The translations under genes were made by a program, and so were the position numbers. From the NCBI GenBank assembly GCA_038042445.1, contig JBBTED010000067.1, forward strand, positions 5,310 to 69,309: a stretch of 64,000 nucleotides of DNA. Direction: 5' to 3'. Below, in pieces: positions 39,339-48,886 of the stretch (positions are counted from its first letter, which is position 1; each line of letters begins with the position of its first letter). This DNA is from Candidatus Firestoneibacteriota bacterium. GTDB lineage: Bacteria; Oederibacteriota; D2-FULL-39-29; JBBTED01. The notes under the pieces are model-generated. The model did no database searches. It worked only from the letters and a program-made list of their open reading frames with translations, and had not been told where the DNA came from.

Positions 39339-39396
39339 GCAGGACAGGAATGTTCTGCCTATCGTAGAAAATAGGTCAGGCATCTTGCCTGACAAC
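39339..39396. repeat. Repeat with the AATAGGTCAGGCATCTTGCCTGACAA core
   Basis: The same hairpin core as at 15707-15752 and 42484-42545. Confidence 0.65.
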
Positions 39397-39424
39397 AGAT
39401 GATGTGTGGCGAAAAGTAGTTTTA

Positions 39425-39462
39425 CTCCTCTCCTCTTGTGGGAGAGGGTAGGGTGAGGGGAT
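39425..39462. repeat. Repeat CTCCTCTCCTCTTGTGGGAGAGGGTAGGGTGAGGGGAT. A near-identical copy is at 41538-41572.
   Basis: The hairpin is CCTCTCC...GGAGAGG. The two copies bracket cutA-polX as direct repeats. Confidence 0.65.
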
Positions 39463-39468
39463 GATATT

Positions 39469-39783
39469 ATGACATACGTTGTAATTTTTATAACTGTAGC
39501 AAATGAAAAAGAGGGAAATACAATTACAAAAGCGCTTATTTTAAATAAATTGGCTGCTTGTGTAAATATTGTGCCACAAATAAAATCAATTTATTGGTGG
39601 AAGGGAAAAGTGGAAACCTCAAATGAGAAATTGCTAATTATAAAGACGAGAAAATCATTGGTTGTAAAACTAATAAAGGCAGTTAAAAAACTACACAGTT
39701 ATACTGTTCCTGAAATAATAGCGATTCCTATAGTTGCTGGAAATAAAGATTATCTTAAATGGATAAACGATTCTACAAAATGA
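39469..39783 (+). CDS. cutA: Divalent-cation tolerance protein CutA
   Basis: The CutA1 signature is YTVPEIIAIPIVAGNKDYLKWI. Confidence 0.8.
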   Translation: MTYVVIFITVANEKEGNTITKALILNKLAACVNIVPQIKSIYWWKGKVETSNEKLLIIKTRKSLVVKLIKAVKKLHSYTVPEIIAIPIVAGNKDYLKWINDSTK

Positions 39784-41513
39784 CGAATTTTGAACTTGCA
39801 AATATATTTGGTGAATTGGTAGAACTTCTTGAGGTAAAATCTGAAAATCCTTTTAAAATCCGCGCTTATTATAAAGCTGTTCAAGTAATTGAAAATTATC
39901 CAATTGAATTAGAAAACATATATACCAAAGATGGTATTGCTGGTCTGGAAGAAATTTCAGGAATAGGTAAAGGTATAGCTCAAAAAATAGAAGAACTTAT
40001 AAAAACAGGCAAATTAGTGCAATTGGATGAACTTAAAAAATCTATGCCTTCAGGTATTTTGGAAATTCTTAAAATTCAGGGAATGGGGCCTAAAAAAACT
40101 AAACTTGTATACGACAAATTAAAAGTTAGTGATATACAAGAGCTTGAAAAAGTTGCTAAAGAAGGTAAGTTAAGAAATTTGCCTGGAATGGGAGAAAAAA
40201 CTGAACAGAATATTCTTAAAGGTATAGAATTTAGGAAAAAAGCAAAAGAAAGGATGCCATTAAGTAAGGCATTGCCTATTGCAAATTTGATTATAAATGA
40301 CTTAAAAAAACTTAAAGAAATAGACAAAATTGGTGTTGCAGGAAGTGTCCGTCGTGGAAGAGAAACAATAAAAGATATAGATATATTGGTAACTTCAAAA
40401 TTTTCTGAAAAAGTGATGAAGGCTTTTACAAATTTGACTTATGTGGAGCAAGTTTTGACATTTGGAAATACAAAATCTTCAGTTGTGACGAAGGAAGGAA
40501 TTCAGGTTGATTTAAGAGTAGTAGAAAATGAGTCGTATGGTGCATCTCTTTGTTATTTTACCGGTTCAAAAGAACATAACATAAAATTAAGAGAACTTGC
40601 AATAAAGGCAGGGCTAAAAATAAATGAGTATGGTGTTTTTAAAATTAATATAGATAAAAAAATCGTGGGCAAAACAGAAGAAGAAATTTATGATATACTT
40701 AAGCTAAAATATATACCACCTGAATTAAGAGAGGATAGAGGAGAAATTGAAGCTGCAAGAAATGGTGAATTACCTGTTCTTGTACGAGAAAAAGATATAA
40801 AAGGAGATTTGCAAGTACATAGTGAGTGGAGTGATGGCGCAGATAAAATTGAAGAAATAGTAGAGGTGGCAAAAAAAAGAGGTTACGAGTATATTGCAAT
40901 AACTGATCACTCCAAATCATTGAGAATAGCAAATGGGTTGACTGCAGAAAGGTTGAAAGAACAGATAAAAATAATCAAACGATTAAATGAAAAATTGGCT
41001 CCATTTAAAATACTTACAGGTACAGAAGTTGATATAAAACCAGATGGAACTCTTGATTTTGATGAAAAAATGTTAAAAGAGTTAGATGTAGTAGTTGCTT
41101 CTGTACATACAAAATTTACGCAGGATAAGGATGAAATGACTAAAAGGATAATAAAAGCCATACAAAATAAATATGTGAACATAATAGGTCATTTAAGTGG
41201 TAGAATAATTGGGCAAAGACCTTCTTATCTTATGGATTTTGAAAAAATATTAAATGAGGCAAAAAATACCGGAACTTTTCTTGAGATAAATTCGCATCCT
41301 GACAGACTTGATATTACTGATATTCAGGCGCATTTGGCAAAAGATAATGGTATGTTAATACCTATTAATACTGATGCACATCATAAGCTTTCTCTCGCCG
41401 ATATTTCTTTTGGCATTATAACAGCCAGACGTGGTTGGTTAGAGAAAAAAGATGTTTTGAATGCTTTGCCATATAAAGAATTAATAACGAAATTACATCA
41501 AAAACGAGAATGA
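39780..41513 (+). CDS. polX: Family X DNA polymerase with a C-terminal PHP domain (PolX)
   Basis: MTNFELANIFGELVELLE, HhH motifs, the Pol beta core GSVRRGRETIKDIDIL, and a PHP phosphoesterase HSEWSDG...TDH. The ATGA overlap with cutA was checked. Confidence 0.85.
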   Translation: MTNFELANIFGELVELLEVKSENPFKIRAYYKAVQVIENYPIELENIYTKDGIAGLEEISGIGKGIAQKIEELIKTGKLVQLDELKKSMPSGILEILKIQGMGPKKTKLVYDKLKVSDIQELEKVAKEGKLRNLPGMGEKTEQNILKGIEFRKKAKERMPLSKALPIANLIINDLKKLKEIDKIGVAGSVRRGRETIKDIDILVTSKFSEKVMKAFTNLTYVEQVLTFGNTKSSVVTKEGIQVDLRVVENESYGASLCYFTGSKEHNIKLRELAIKAGLKINEYGVFKINIDKKIVGKTEEEIYDILKLKYIPPELREDRGEIEAARNGELPVLVREKDIKGDLQVHSEWSDGADKIEEIVEVAKKRGYEYIAITDHSKSLRIANGLTAERLKEQIKIIKRLNEKLAPFKILTGTEVDIKPDGTLDFDEKMLKELDVVVASVHTKFTQDKDEMTKRIIKAIQNKYVNIIGHLSGRIIGQRPSYLMDFEKILNEAKNTGTFLEINSHPDRLDITDIQAHLAKDNGMLIPINTDAHHKLSLADISFGIITARRGWLEKKDVLNALPYKELITKLHQKRE

Positions 41514-41537
41514 AGTCATACTTTGCTTTATGGTTTC

Positions 41538-41572
41538 CCTCTCCCCTTGTGGGAGAGGGTAGGTGAGGGGAT
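41538..41572. repeat. Second copy of the CCCTCTCCCCTTGTGGGAGAGGGTAGGTGAGGGGAT repeat
   Basis: A near-identical copy of 39425-39462. Confidence 0.65.
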
Positions 41573-41588
41573 AATTCTTTAAAAATAA

Positions 41589-42464
41589 ATGAAATCTGCA
41601 ATAATTTATAGAATAATAATATACGGTTTTATACTTTTTGTGCTTGTTGTGTGGAGATTTTCCTATATTTTAACACATACAACACGAATGAAAGGAGATT
41701 TTACTCCAGCAGGTTTTAATTTAACTTATGAAAATGTTAAATTTAAAACTTCAGATGGTTTGGAACTTGCAGGCTGGTTTATTCCTGTAAATAAACCTAA
41801 AGGATTGATTATACTTTGTCATGGCATAGGTGCAGATAAAAGTGATTTAGTTAGAATGGCGCCTTTTTTGTATCATGGTGGATACAGTGTTTTTATTTTT
41901 GATTTTAGATCGCATGGAGATAGTAGTGGAAAATATACTTCAATGGGATATTATGAAAGACAGGATTTGAATAGTGCAATAGATTATTTGAAATTACGAA
42001 AAGATTGTTCTAATTTAAATATAGGTGTTTATGGTTTTTCAATGGGTGCAAGTATTGCTTATATTGTTTCTTCAGAAAACAAAGAAATTAAAGCAGTTAT
42101 TGGAGATAGTGGTTTTGTAAGCGCAAAAGATATAATAACCAGATATGCTAATAAATTTTTCCATATTCCTAAATATCCGTTAGTTCCTATTGTTATATGG
42201 GTTGGAGAAAAATGGATTAAATGCAAATATAGTGATATTGATGCGATAAAATACATTGAAAAAATCAGTCCAAGGCCTGTGTTAATTATTCATGGAGAAA
42301 AAGATGAAAATATTCCTGTAGATGATGCAAGAAAATTATTTGAGAAAGCACGTGAACCAAAAGAATTATGGATTATTCCAAATGCAGGACATACTGAAAC
42401 ATATTCAACAATGCAAAGCGTTTATGAACAAAAAATTATAGATTTTTTTAACAAGAATCTATAA
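41589..42464 (+). CDS. Membrane-anchored alpha/beta hydrolase
   Basis: An N-terminal TM helix, nucleophile elbow GFSMGAS, and HG..D...H elements. Confidence 0.65.
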   Translation: MKSAIIYRIIIYGFILFVLVVWRFSYILTHTTRMKGDFTPAGFNLTYENVKFKTSDGLELAGWFIPVNKPKGLIILCHGIGADKSDLVRMAPFLYHGGYSVFIFDFRSHGDSSGKYTSMGYYERQDLNSAIDYLKLRKDCSNLNIGVYGFSMGASIAYIVSSENKEIKAVIGDSGFVSAKDIITRYANKFFHIPKYPLVPIVIWVGEKWIKCKYSDIDAIKYIEKISPRPVLIIHGEKDENIPVDDARKLFEKAREPKELWIIPNAGHTETYSTMQSVYEQKIIDFFNKNL

Positions 42465-42466
42465 AA

Positions 42467-42551
42467 ATGTTATTCCCTCATGTAAGCAATAGGTTAGGCA
42501 TTTTGCCTGACAAATCGGGAAGCAATAGGTCAGACATCTTGTCTGACCTGT
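42467..42551. repeat. Tandem pair of AATAGGTYAGRCATYTTGYCTGAC hairpin repeats
   Basis: Two adjacent copies of the 39370 core. Confidence 0.65.
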
Positions 42552-42557
42552 AAAAAT

Positions 42558-43544
42558 ATGCAAGCAAGCTATATACAACTTTTAAAATTAAAAGAACTTG
42601 AAAGTAGAGTCCAAATAGCTTATGACGTTTTGAAAGATTGTACTCTATGCCCAAGAAATTGTAGAGTAAATAGGGTGGGTGGTGAACTTGGGTTTTGCAA
42701 GTCTGGAAATAAAGTATTCATTTCTGATGCAATACCTCATTTTGGAGAAGAGCCGTTTATAAGTGGTAAAAATGGTTCAGGTACCATATTTTTTTCAAAT
42801 TGCAACCTTAGATGTAAATTTTGTCAGAATTATCAGATAAGCCATGAGGGTTTAGGTAAATATATTTCAGAAGAAGAATTGGCAAAACTAATGATTAGTT
42901 TGCAAAAAAAAGGGTGTCACAATATAAACTTGGTTTCTCCTACTCATTATGTTCCGCAAATATTAAAGTCGTTGTTACTTGCTGCAAATGAAGGATTAAA
43001 TATCCCAATAGTTTATAATACAAATGCTTATGATTCTGTTGAAGTATTGAAGATTTTAAATGGAATAGTTGATATTTATATGCCTGATATAAAATATAGC
43101 AATGATGAGACAGGATTTTTTTTGTCTAATGTTCAAGATTATTTGGAACATAACAGAAATGCAATTCTTGAAATGTATAGGCAGGTTGGAAATTTAAAAG
43201 TGAATAAACAAGGGATAGCAGAAAGAGGAATACTTATCAGGCATTTAGTTCTACCAAACAAACTTGCAGGAAGCATTGATGCCTTACGATTTTTAAAAAA
43301 GAATTTAGGAAAAGAAGTATATATAAGTTTAATGGCACAATATCATCCCTGCTACAAAGCCAAATCTGATGCAAGAATAAACAGATGTATAACTAACGAA
43401 GAATATCAGGAAATATTAGATATAGCTTCAGAATTAGATTTAGAAAATGTTTTAATTCAGGAATTAACCAGTCACAATGTTTTTTTGCCAGATTTCACAG
43501 ATAAAAAACCATTTAAACAAAATCCATCTGCCCATTCTATTTGA
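42558..43544 (+). CDS. Radical SAM protein (PflX-like, pyruvate formate-lyase activase-related)
   Basis: CNLRCKFCQN (CX3CX2C) and the N-terminal CPRNCRVNRVGGELGFC. Confidence 0.65.
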   Translation: MQASYIQLLKLKELESRVQIAYDVLKDCTLCPRNCRVNRVGGELGFCKSGNKVFISDAIPHFGEEPFISGKNGSGTIFFSNCNLRCKFCQNYQISHEGLGKYISEEELAKLMISLQKKGCHNINLVSPTHYVPQILKSLLLAANEGLNIPIVYNTNAYDSVEVLKILNGIVDIYMPDIKYSNDETGFFLSNVQDYLEHNRNAILEMYRQVGNLKVNKQGIAERGILIRHLVLPNKLAGSIDALRFLKKNLGKEVYISLMAQYHPCYKAKSDARINRCITNEEYQEILDIASELDLENVLIQELTSHNVFLPDFTDKKPFKQNPSAHSI

Positions 43545-43599
43545 CAAACCCATATTTATTGCAGTAGAATGGTGTTAAATTATAAATCATCTTTGTAGT

Positions 43600-43617
43600 C
43601 GCAGGCTTTAGCCTGCG
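43600..43617. repeat. Hairpin repeat CGCAGGCTTTAGCCTGCG
   Basis: It belongs to the family at 18381 and 53199. Confidence 0.6.
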
Positions 43618-43676
43618 TATTTTGTTAGGAATAATAATTTGTAGTGTCCAACTTGGTTGGGATAAATAAAATATAC

Positions 43677-43769
43677 GGAGAGGTACCGAAGCGGTCATAA
43701 CGGGCTCGCCTGGAAAGCGATTCGGGAGGGAAACCTTCCACGTGGGTTCGAACCCCACCCTCTCCGCCA
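43677..43769 (+). tRNA. tRNA-Ser (anticodon GGA) with a long variable arm and an encoded CCA
   Basis: Acceptor stem GGAGAGG/CCTCTCC, anticodon loop CTGGAAA, long extra arm, T-arm GTGGG-TTCGAAC-CCCAC, discriminator G, CCA. Confidence 0.8.
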
Positions 43770-43878
43770 AAAAAAATAAATAATAGAGGGGTTCGAAGCC
43801 AACCCGAGTGCCGAGCAAAGCGAGGAATAAACGAGGGTGGCCGGCTTTGAAGGAGCGAACGATAGTGAGCGGATGAAA

Positions 43879-43898
43879 AGGAACCCCACCCTCTCCGC
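43879..43898 (+). repeat. Direct repeat of the tRNA-Ser 3' end (GAACCCCACCCTCTCCGCCA), 109 bp downstream of the tRNA. This is an att-site-like scar.
   Basis: An exact 20-nt copy of tRNA positions 43750-43769. Confidence 0.6.
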
Positions 43899-43914
43899 CA
43901 AGTTTTTACTTATT

Positions 43915-44286
43915 ATGAATATAATAACAATATTACTGGTTTTAATTCCAATAATCACCGCTATAATGAGTTCTTATCTAACTTATTATTTTACAATTAA
44001 ATCTAAGAAGGATGAGTCCGTATTAAAATTTAAAGAGGAAAAATACTCTAATTTGCTAATATTTCTTCAAGGTTTTGTCGGTAGAACTATTTCGGGTGAA
44101 ACCAAAATAAAATTTTTTGAAGAACAATATAAATCTTGGCTGTATAGTTCTGATGGTGTGGTAAATGCCATAAATCAATTGATACGTTTACTTGTAGATG
44201 CAAACGTAAAAGGAAAAAACGTTGATCAAGAAGAAGGTAAAAAAATATCGGAAATATTGTTCTTGAAATGCGTAAAGATTTGCTAG
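43915..44286 (+). CDS. Hypothetical membrane-anchored protein. The ORF-track N-terminus overlapping the att repeat was discarded.
   Basis: Starts MNIITILLVLIPIITAIM (TM helix). Confidence 0.35.
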   Translation: MNIITILLVLIPIITAIMSSYLTYYFTIKSKKDESVLKFKEEKYSNLLIFLQGFVGRTISGETKIKFFEEQYKSWLYSSDGVVNAINQLIRLLVDANVKGKNVDQEEGKKISEILFLKCVKIC

Positions 44287-44358
44287 GTAAAACAGAATTA
44301 ACATTTGAAGATTTTCAATATACTAATGTTAATCCTGATAAGTAGAGTTTAAAGTGAT

Positions 44359-44682
44359 GTGTCAAATATGAATAGAATCATTTTTGGGATAATTTGCGGG
44401 TTGGGTTTTGGTATTATTGATGTGTTGATAATGATACCTTTAAAGTTCGAAAACAATCGTAAAAAAATTGATGCTATGAGTTCTGCTTTTCTGGAAAGGT
44501 TTATGCTTGGATTTTTGATTCCTAATATAGAGTTGGGAATTCATCCTGTTTTTACGGGGATATTCTTGGGTGTTGGTTTGAGTTTGCCTGCGGCAATTAT
44601 TACAAGAGTTTATGCTCCTATAATAGTTATTGGCATAATAGGAGGGGCAATTATAGGTTTCATAACAAAAGCAGTTTTATGA
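44359..44682 (+). CDS. Hypothetical small membrane protein
   Basis: Three or four TM helices; no family recognised. Confidence 0.35.
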   Translation: MSNMNRIIFGIICGLGFGIIDVLIMIPLKFENNRKKIDAMSSAFLERFMLGFLIPNIELGIHPVFTGIFLGVGLSLPAAIITRVYAPIIVIGIIGGAIIGFITKAVL

Positions 44683-44717
44683 TGTGGAATTAATGGAGTT
44701 ATTAAAGAAAGGAATAC

Positions 44718-45308
44718 TTGCAATATATAGTTATTATAGGAGCTGTAGTTCAATTAGTGGGGATAGTTTCTTATATAAAAGAAACGCTCAAGGGTAATAC
44801 CAAGCCAGATAAAGTTACTTGGTTGTTGTGGTCTGTTGCTCCATTAATAGCAGCTTTTGCTGGATTTATAGATGGTGTCCGATGGGCTGTGTTACCTGTT
44901 TTTATCTCTGGGTTTGGACCTTTGCTTGTTTTTATTGCTTCTTTTATAAACAAAAACGCATATTGGAAATTAGAAAAATTTGATTATCTTTGTGGGTTTT
45001 GTTCGGTATTGGCTCTTGTTCTTTGGGGTATAACAAAAGAGCCGGTTGTTGCAATTGTTTTTGCAATAGCAAGTGATGGTTTAGCTGCGGTTCCCACTTT
45101 GATTAAATCGTGGAAATATCCGGAGACAGAAACCGTTGATGTTTATACTACAGGTTTATTTGGTGCTCTTACCAGTTTTACAGTTATTAAAATGTGGAGT
45201 TTTGCTGAAATTGCTTTTCCAATTTATTTAGTTGTCGCTAGTTCGGTTTTTATTGTATCTTTTTATAGGAAAAGGATTTTTAGAAAAGAATTTGTTGGCA
45301 AAGAGTAA
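44718..45308 (+). CDS. Hypothetical membrane protein
   Basis: Five or six TM helices; no family recognised. Confidence 0.35.
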   Translation: MQYIVIIGAVVQLVGIVSYIKETLKGNTKPDKVTWLLWSVAPLIAAFAGFIDGVRWAVLPVFISGFGPLLVFIASFINKNAYWKLEKFDYLCGFCSVLALVLWGITKEPVVAIVFAIASDGLAAVPTLIKSWKYPETETVDVYTTGLFGALTSFTVIKMWSFAEIAFPIYLVVASSVFIVSFYRKRIFRKEFVGKE

Positions 45309-45368
45309 ACAAAGAATTATATTGTGCTTTTTGCACAAATTAAGTAGTATGTAAAGAGGTGTAAAAAA

Positions 45369-45527
45369 TGACGATAAATATAAGCTGGCATATGAAAAAT
45401 AGAATGGTAAAAAATCCTTCTATTGAGACGAGAATTAAATGGCATTTAAAACATTCTAAAAATTGTTCATGCAGACCTATTCCTGTAAAATTACTAAAAG
45501 AAATAAAAAAACGCAAATTGTTGTGAA
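45369..45527 (+). CDS. Small basic ORF (52 aa, MTINISWHMKNRMVKNPSIETRIKWHLKHSKNCSCRPIPVKLLKEIKKRKLL)
   Basis: An RBS AAGAGGTG is 8 nt upstream. The ORF is below the track cutoff. Confidence 0.25.
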
Positions 45528-45602
45528 TTGGAACTTGGTATTTTAAAAATCCTATTGATTTAATATATAATATATACTATTATATATTATGAGGTGATTA
45601 AT

Positions 45603-45899
45603 ATGGCAAAACAAATGTTAATTTATATACAGGAAGAACAAAAAAATATGCTTTCGGATTTTAGTAAGGTAACAAAAAAATCTGTATCTGAACTTGTAAG
45701 GGAAGCAATTGATTCATTTTTAGAGAGGTATAAAAAGAAACCTGTTTCTCTTAGTGATGCTTTAAGAATTTCTTCAGGTGCATGGAAGGGTAGAGAAGAT
45801 ATTAAAGATACAGAAATGTATGTCCGAAAAATTAGAAAAGAATTTACTGAATCATTTGAAAAAAAATCAAATAGATATGCAAAGAAAATTTCTGCTTGA
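45603..45899 (+). CDS. Ribbon-helix-helix antitoxin (VapB/CopG-like)
   Basis: An RBS GAGGTGA, then SELVREAIDSFL, which is an RHH signature. It overlaps the PIN toxin start. Confidence 0.6.
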   Translation: MAKQMLIYIQEEQKNMLSDFSKVTKKSVSELVREAIDSFLERYKKKPVSLSDALRISSGAWKGREDIKDTEMYVRKIRKEFTESFEKKSNRYAKKISA

Positions 45900-46260
45900 T
45901 ACAGATGTTCTTATAAATCACTTAAGGGATATTGATACAAAAACAATATTGGAATTATCTGCTAAAGGAGAAATTTTCATATGTGCTATAACTAATTTTG
46001 AAATATTGCGTGGTATGAGAAAAAATGAAGAAGATGATACACTTCTTTTGCTGCAGACAATAAAATCATTAGAGATTACTAAAGATGTAGCAGCAATAGC
46101 TGCAAAATACTATAATATCTACTTTAAATCACATGATTTGGAATTACCGGATATATTTATTGCTGCTGTTGCCAAGTTTAATCAACTAACCCTAGTTACA
46201 ATGAATAAAAAGCATTTTCCAATGAAAGATATTGGGGTTATATCTCCGAATGTTTCTTGA
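45877..46260 (+). CDS. PIN-domain toxin VapC
   Basis: MQRKFLLDTDVLINHL, acidic residues at PIN positions, and a 23-nt overlap with the antitoxin. Confidence 0.65.
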   Translation: MQRKFLLDTDVLINHLRDIDTKTILELSAKGEIFICAITNFEILRGMRKNEEDDTLLLLQTIKSLEITKDVAAIAAKYYNIYFKSHDLELPDIFIAAVAKFNQLTLVTMNKKHFPMKDIGVISPNVS

Positions 46261-46295
46261 TACTTCAGTTAGAAAATTAGTGAAAGGATAAAATT

Positions 46296-47657
46296 TTGGA
46301 AGTAAAACAAATAGTTCTGCTTTGTACAATTTTAAGTTCTTTTATTGTTCCATTTATGGCATCATCAATTAATATTTCTCTTCCATTAATTGCCAAAGAG
46401 TTTTCAATGGATGCAATATTGTTAGGATGGGTTGCAACATCATATCTTCTATCTGCAGCAATATTTCTTGTTCCTTTTGGTAGGATGGCAGATATATATG
46501 GAAGAAAGAAAAGTTTTTTATATGGCACAATAATTTATACTATAGCATCTACGTTTTTAGTGTTTTCAAACTCTTCTTCTTTACTTATTGCATTTAGGGT
46601 TTTACAAGGTATAGGCGGTGCAATGATATTTGGTGCTGGAACGGCAATTTTAATTTCTGTATTTCCTATTAAAGAAAGAGGTAAGGCATTAGGGATAAAT
46701 GTTGCTTCAGTTTATCTTGGGCTTTCAATGGGGCCATTTTTGGGTGGAATTATTACTCAGCATTTTGGATGGAGAAGTATTTTTTTGATAAATGTTCCTG
46801 TTGGTATAATAATAATTTTACTTGTTCTTTGGAAACTAAAAGGGGAATGGACTGAATGTGAAGGAGAAAAATTTGATTGGATAGGATCTATAATTTTCGT
46901 TATTACGTTTTTTTTTATAATGTATGGATTTTCCAGTTTGCCTGCAAGAACAGGCATATTATTAATTCTAATGGGAGTTTTAGGATTTTTAATGTTTATT
47001 AAGTGGGAGGCAAAAATACAATTTCCAGTTTATAATATTAATCTTTTTAAAAATAACACAGTTTTTGCTTTTTCAAATTTAGCTGCATTGATTAATTATA
47101 GCGCGACATTTTCTGTGACTTTTCTTTTGAGCCTTTATTTGCAGTATATAAAAGCACTTAGTCCTAAAGATGCAGGTTTGATTTTGTTTTCACAGCCAAT
47201 TGTAATGGCTATTTTTTCACCATTAGCAGGTAAACTTTCAGATAAAATTGAACCACGGATAGTTTCTTCTATAGGTATGATATTAGCGACTATAGGACTT
47301 TTTCTTTTTACTTTTTTAGGTGAAAACACTACGATTACTTTTATTGTATTTACTCTGATTTTGCTTGGTTTTGGATTTGCTCTTTTTTCATCTCCGAATA
47401 CAAATGCAGTTATGAGTTCTGTTGATAAAAAATACTATGGTATAGCGAGTGCAACACTTGGAACAATGCGGTTAATAGGCCAGATGCTTAGTATGGGATT
47501 TGCTATGCTTGTATTTTCAATATTTATTGGAAAAGTGCAGATTACACCTTTTTATTATCCACTTTTTATAAAAAGTGTTAAAACATTATTTATGATTTTT
47601 TCAATTATTTGTTTTGGTGGTATATTTGCATCATTTGCAAGAGGCAAATTAAGATGA
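46296..47657 (+). CDS. MFS transporter (DHA2-like drug:H+ antiporter architecture, about 14 TM)
   Basis: SLPLIAKEF, G.MADIYGRKK and an RVLQGIGGA motif. Confidence 0.75.
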   Translation: MEVKQIVLLCTILSSFIVPFMASSINISLPLIAKEFSMDAILLGWVATSYLLSAAIFLVPFGRMADIYGRKKSFLYGTIIYTIASTFLVFSNSSSLLIAFRVLQGIGGAMIFGAGTAILISVFPIKERGKALGINVASVYLGLSMGPFLGGIITQHFGWRSIFLINVPVGIIIILLVLWKLKGEWTECEGEKFDWIGSIIFVITFFFIMYGFSSLPARTGILLILMGVLGFLMFIKWEAKIQFPVYNINLFKNNTVFAFSNLAALINYSATFSVTFLLSLYLQYIKALSPKDAGLILFSQPIVMAIFSPLAGKLSDKIEPRIVSSIGMILATIGLFLFTFLGENTTITFIVFTLILLGFGFALFSSPNTNAVMSSVDKKYYGIASATLGTMRLIGQMLSMGFAMLVFSIFIGKVQITPFYYPLFIKSVKTLFMIFSIICFGGIFASFARGKLR

Positions 47658-48766
47658 ATAAATTGTATTTTTTGTTTTTTATTTTAATATTTTCTTTGGT
47701 GTATCTTGGAATTCATTATTATGTGTATAGTCGTATTGTTGCTGGATTATCTATTTCTGTTTGTGCACGTAGTTACTTAAGAATATTTTTCTTGATAGCA
47801 GCTTTATCATTTGTGCTTGGAGAATTTTTAAGTAGATATATATCTGTATATCCTGTTGTATATTTAGGTAATGTATGGTTTGGTATTATATCAATTGCTC
47901 TTTCAATTTTTATTGTAAAAGACATATTGGGATTGCTTCGTTGTTTTGCAACTCGCAATGACAAGTTATTAACTTACTCTGCAATTATTTTGGTAATTTT
48001 GTTGTCTGGTTATGCGCTTTACAATGCAGCACAAAAACCAAAATTAAGAGAAGTTAAAATTACACATAGAAAAATCACAAAAGAACTTTCAGGGTTTACA
48101 ATTATCCAACTGTCTGATTTGCATTTATCAGTTTTAAAATCAGCACAATGGCTTGGTTCTATTGTGGATAGGGTTAATGGACTTAATCCGGATTTAATAG
48201 TTATTACAGGAGATTTAATGGATTCAGAGTCTAAGGGGACTGGTGAGATCTGTGAAGCACTTAAAAATTTAAAAGCAAAATATGGTGTTTTTGGTATTAC
48301 AGGAAATCACGAGTATTATTTTGGAATTGATAAATTTATGGAAATTGCTAAAAAATCAAATATAAATATTTTACGAAATGATAAAATTACTATTGCTAAT
48401 GATATAGAACTTATTGGAATTGATGATGATACTGGCAAACAATATCAGGAAACAGGCAGTGATTTAAAAAAAATAATGCAAAACTGTGATTTTAAGAAGA
48501 TGATTATACTTTTGGCTCATAGTCCTGTTGGTTTTGGCACTGCAGTGGATTTAGGTATTGATTTACAGTTGTCAGGTCATACGCATAGGGGACAGATTCC
48601 TCCAATGAATTTTTTGGTATATCTCTATTATAAGTATCCTTATGGGTTATACAAGAAAAGTTCTTCTTACATTTATACTACTTCTGGTACAGGAACATGG
48701 GCAATTCCAATGAGGCTTTTCTCTCGGTCTGAAATTGTAAAAATTACTTTGCAAAATGACAAATAG
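47654..48766 (+). CDS. Membrane-anchored calcineurin-like metallophosphoesterase
   Basis: GDLMD, GNHEYY and GHTHRGQ motifs, plus N-terminal TM helices. An ATGA overlap with the MFS gene. Confidence 0.75.
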   Translation: MNKLYFLFFILIFSLVYLGIHYYVYSRIVAGLSISVCARSYLRIFFLIAALSFVLGEFLSRYISVYPVVYLGNVWFGIISIALSIFIVKDILGLLRCFATRNDKLLTYSAIILVILLSGYALYNAAQKPKLREVKITHRKITKELSGFTIIQLSDLHLSVLKSAQWLGSIVDRVNGLNPDLIVITGDLMDSESKGTGEICEALKNLKAKYGVFGITGNHEYYFGIDKFMEIAKKSNINILRNDKITIANDIELIGIDDDTGKQYQETGSDLKKIMQNCDFKKMIILLAHSPVGFGTAVDLGIDLQLSGHTHRGQIPPMNFLVYLYYKYPYGLYKKSSSYIYTTSGTGTWAIPMRLFSRSEIVKITLQNDK

Positions 48767-48794
48767 AGTATAAAATGAGTTATTAGATGAATGC

Positions 48795-48876
48795 GTCATT
48801 GCGAGCGTTAGCGAAGCAATCTCAAATACTTTTTAGAGATTGCCACGACCAAAATAAATTTTGGTCTCGCAATGAC
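48795..48876. repeat. MITE-like element of about 82 bp with terminal inverted repeats GTCATTGCGAG / CTCGCAATGAC and nested internal palindromes
   Basis: TIRs were read directly. The internal palindromes are GCAATCTC..GAGATTGC and GACCAAAAT..ATTTTGGTC. Confidence 0.7.
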
Positions 48877-48886
48877 AATATAGGTT

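Noticed and set aside
43537-43958. Two - strand ORFs (93 and 87 aa) overlapping the tRNA-Ser region
   Set aside because: They are antisense to a well-formed tRNA and its att-like repeat. Their translations (GFEPLYYLFFLAERVGFEPTW) are the typical artefact of reading a tRNA backwards.
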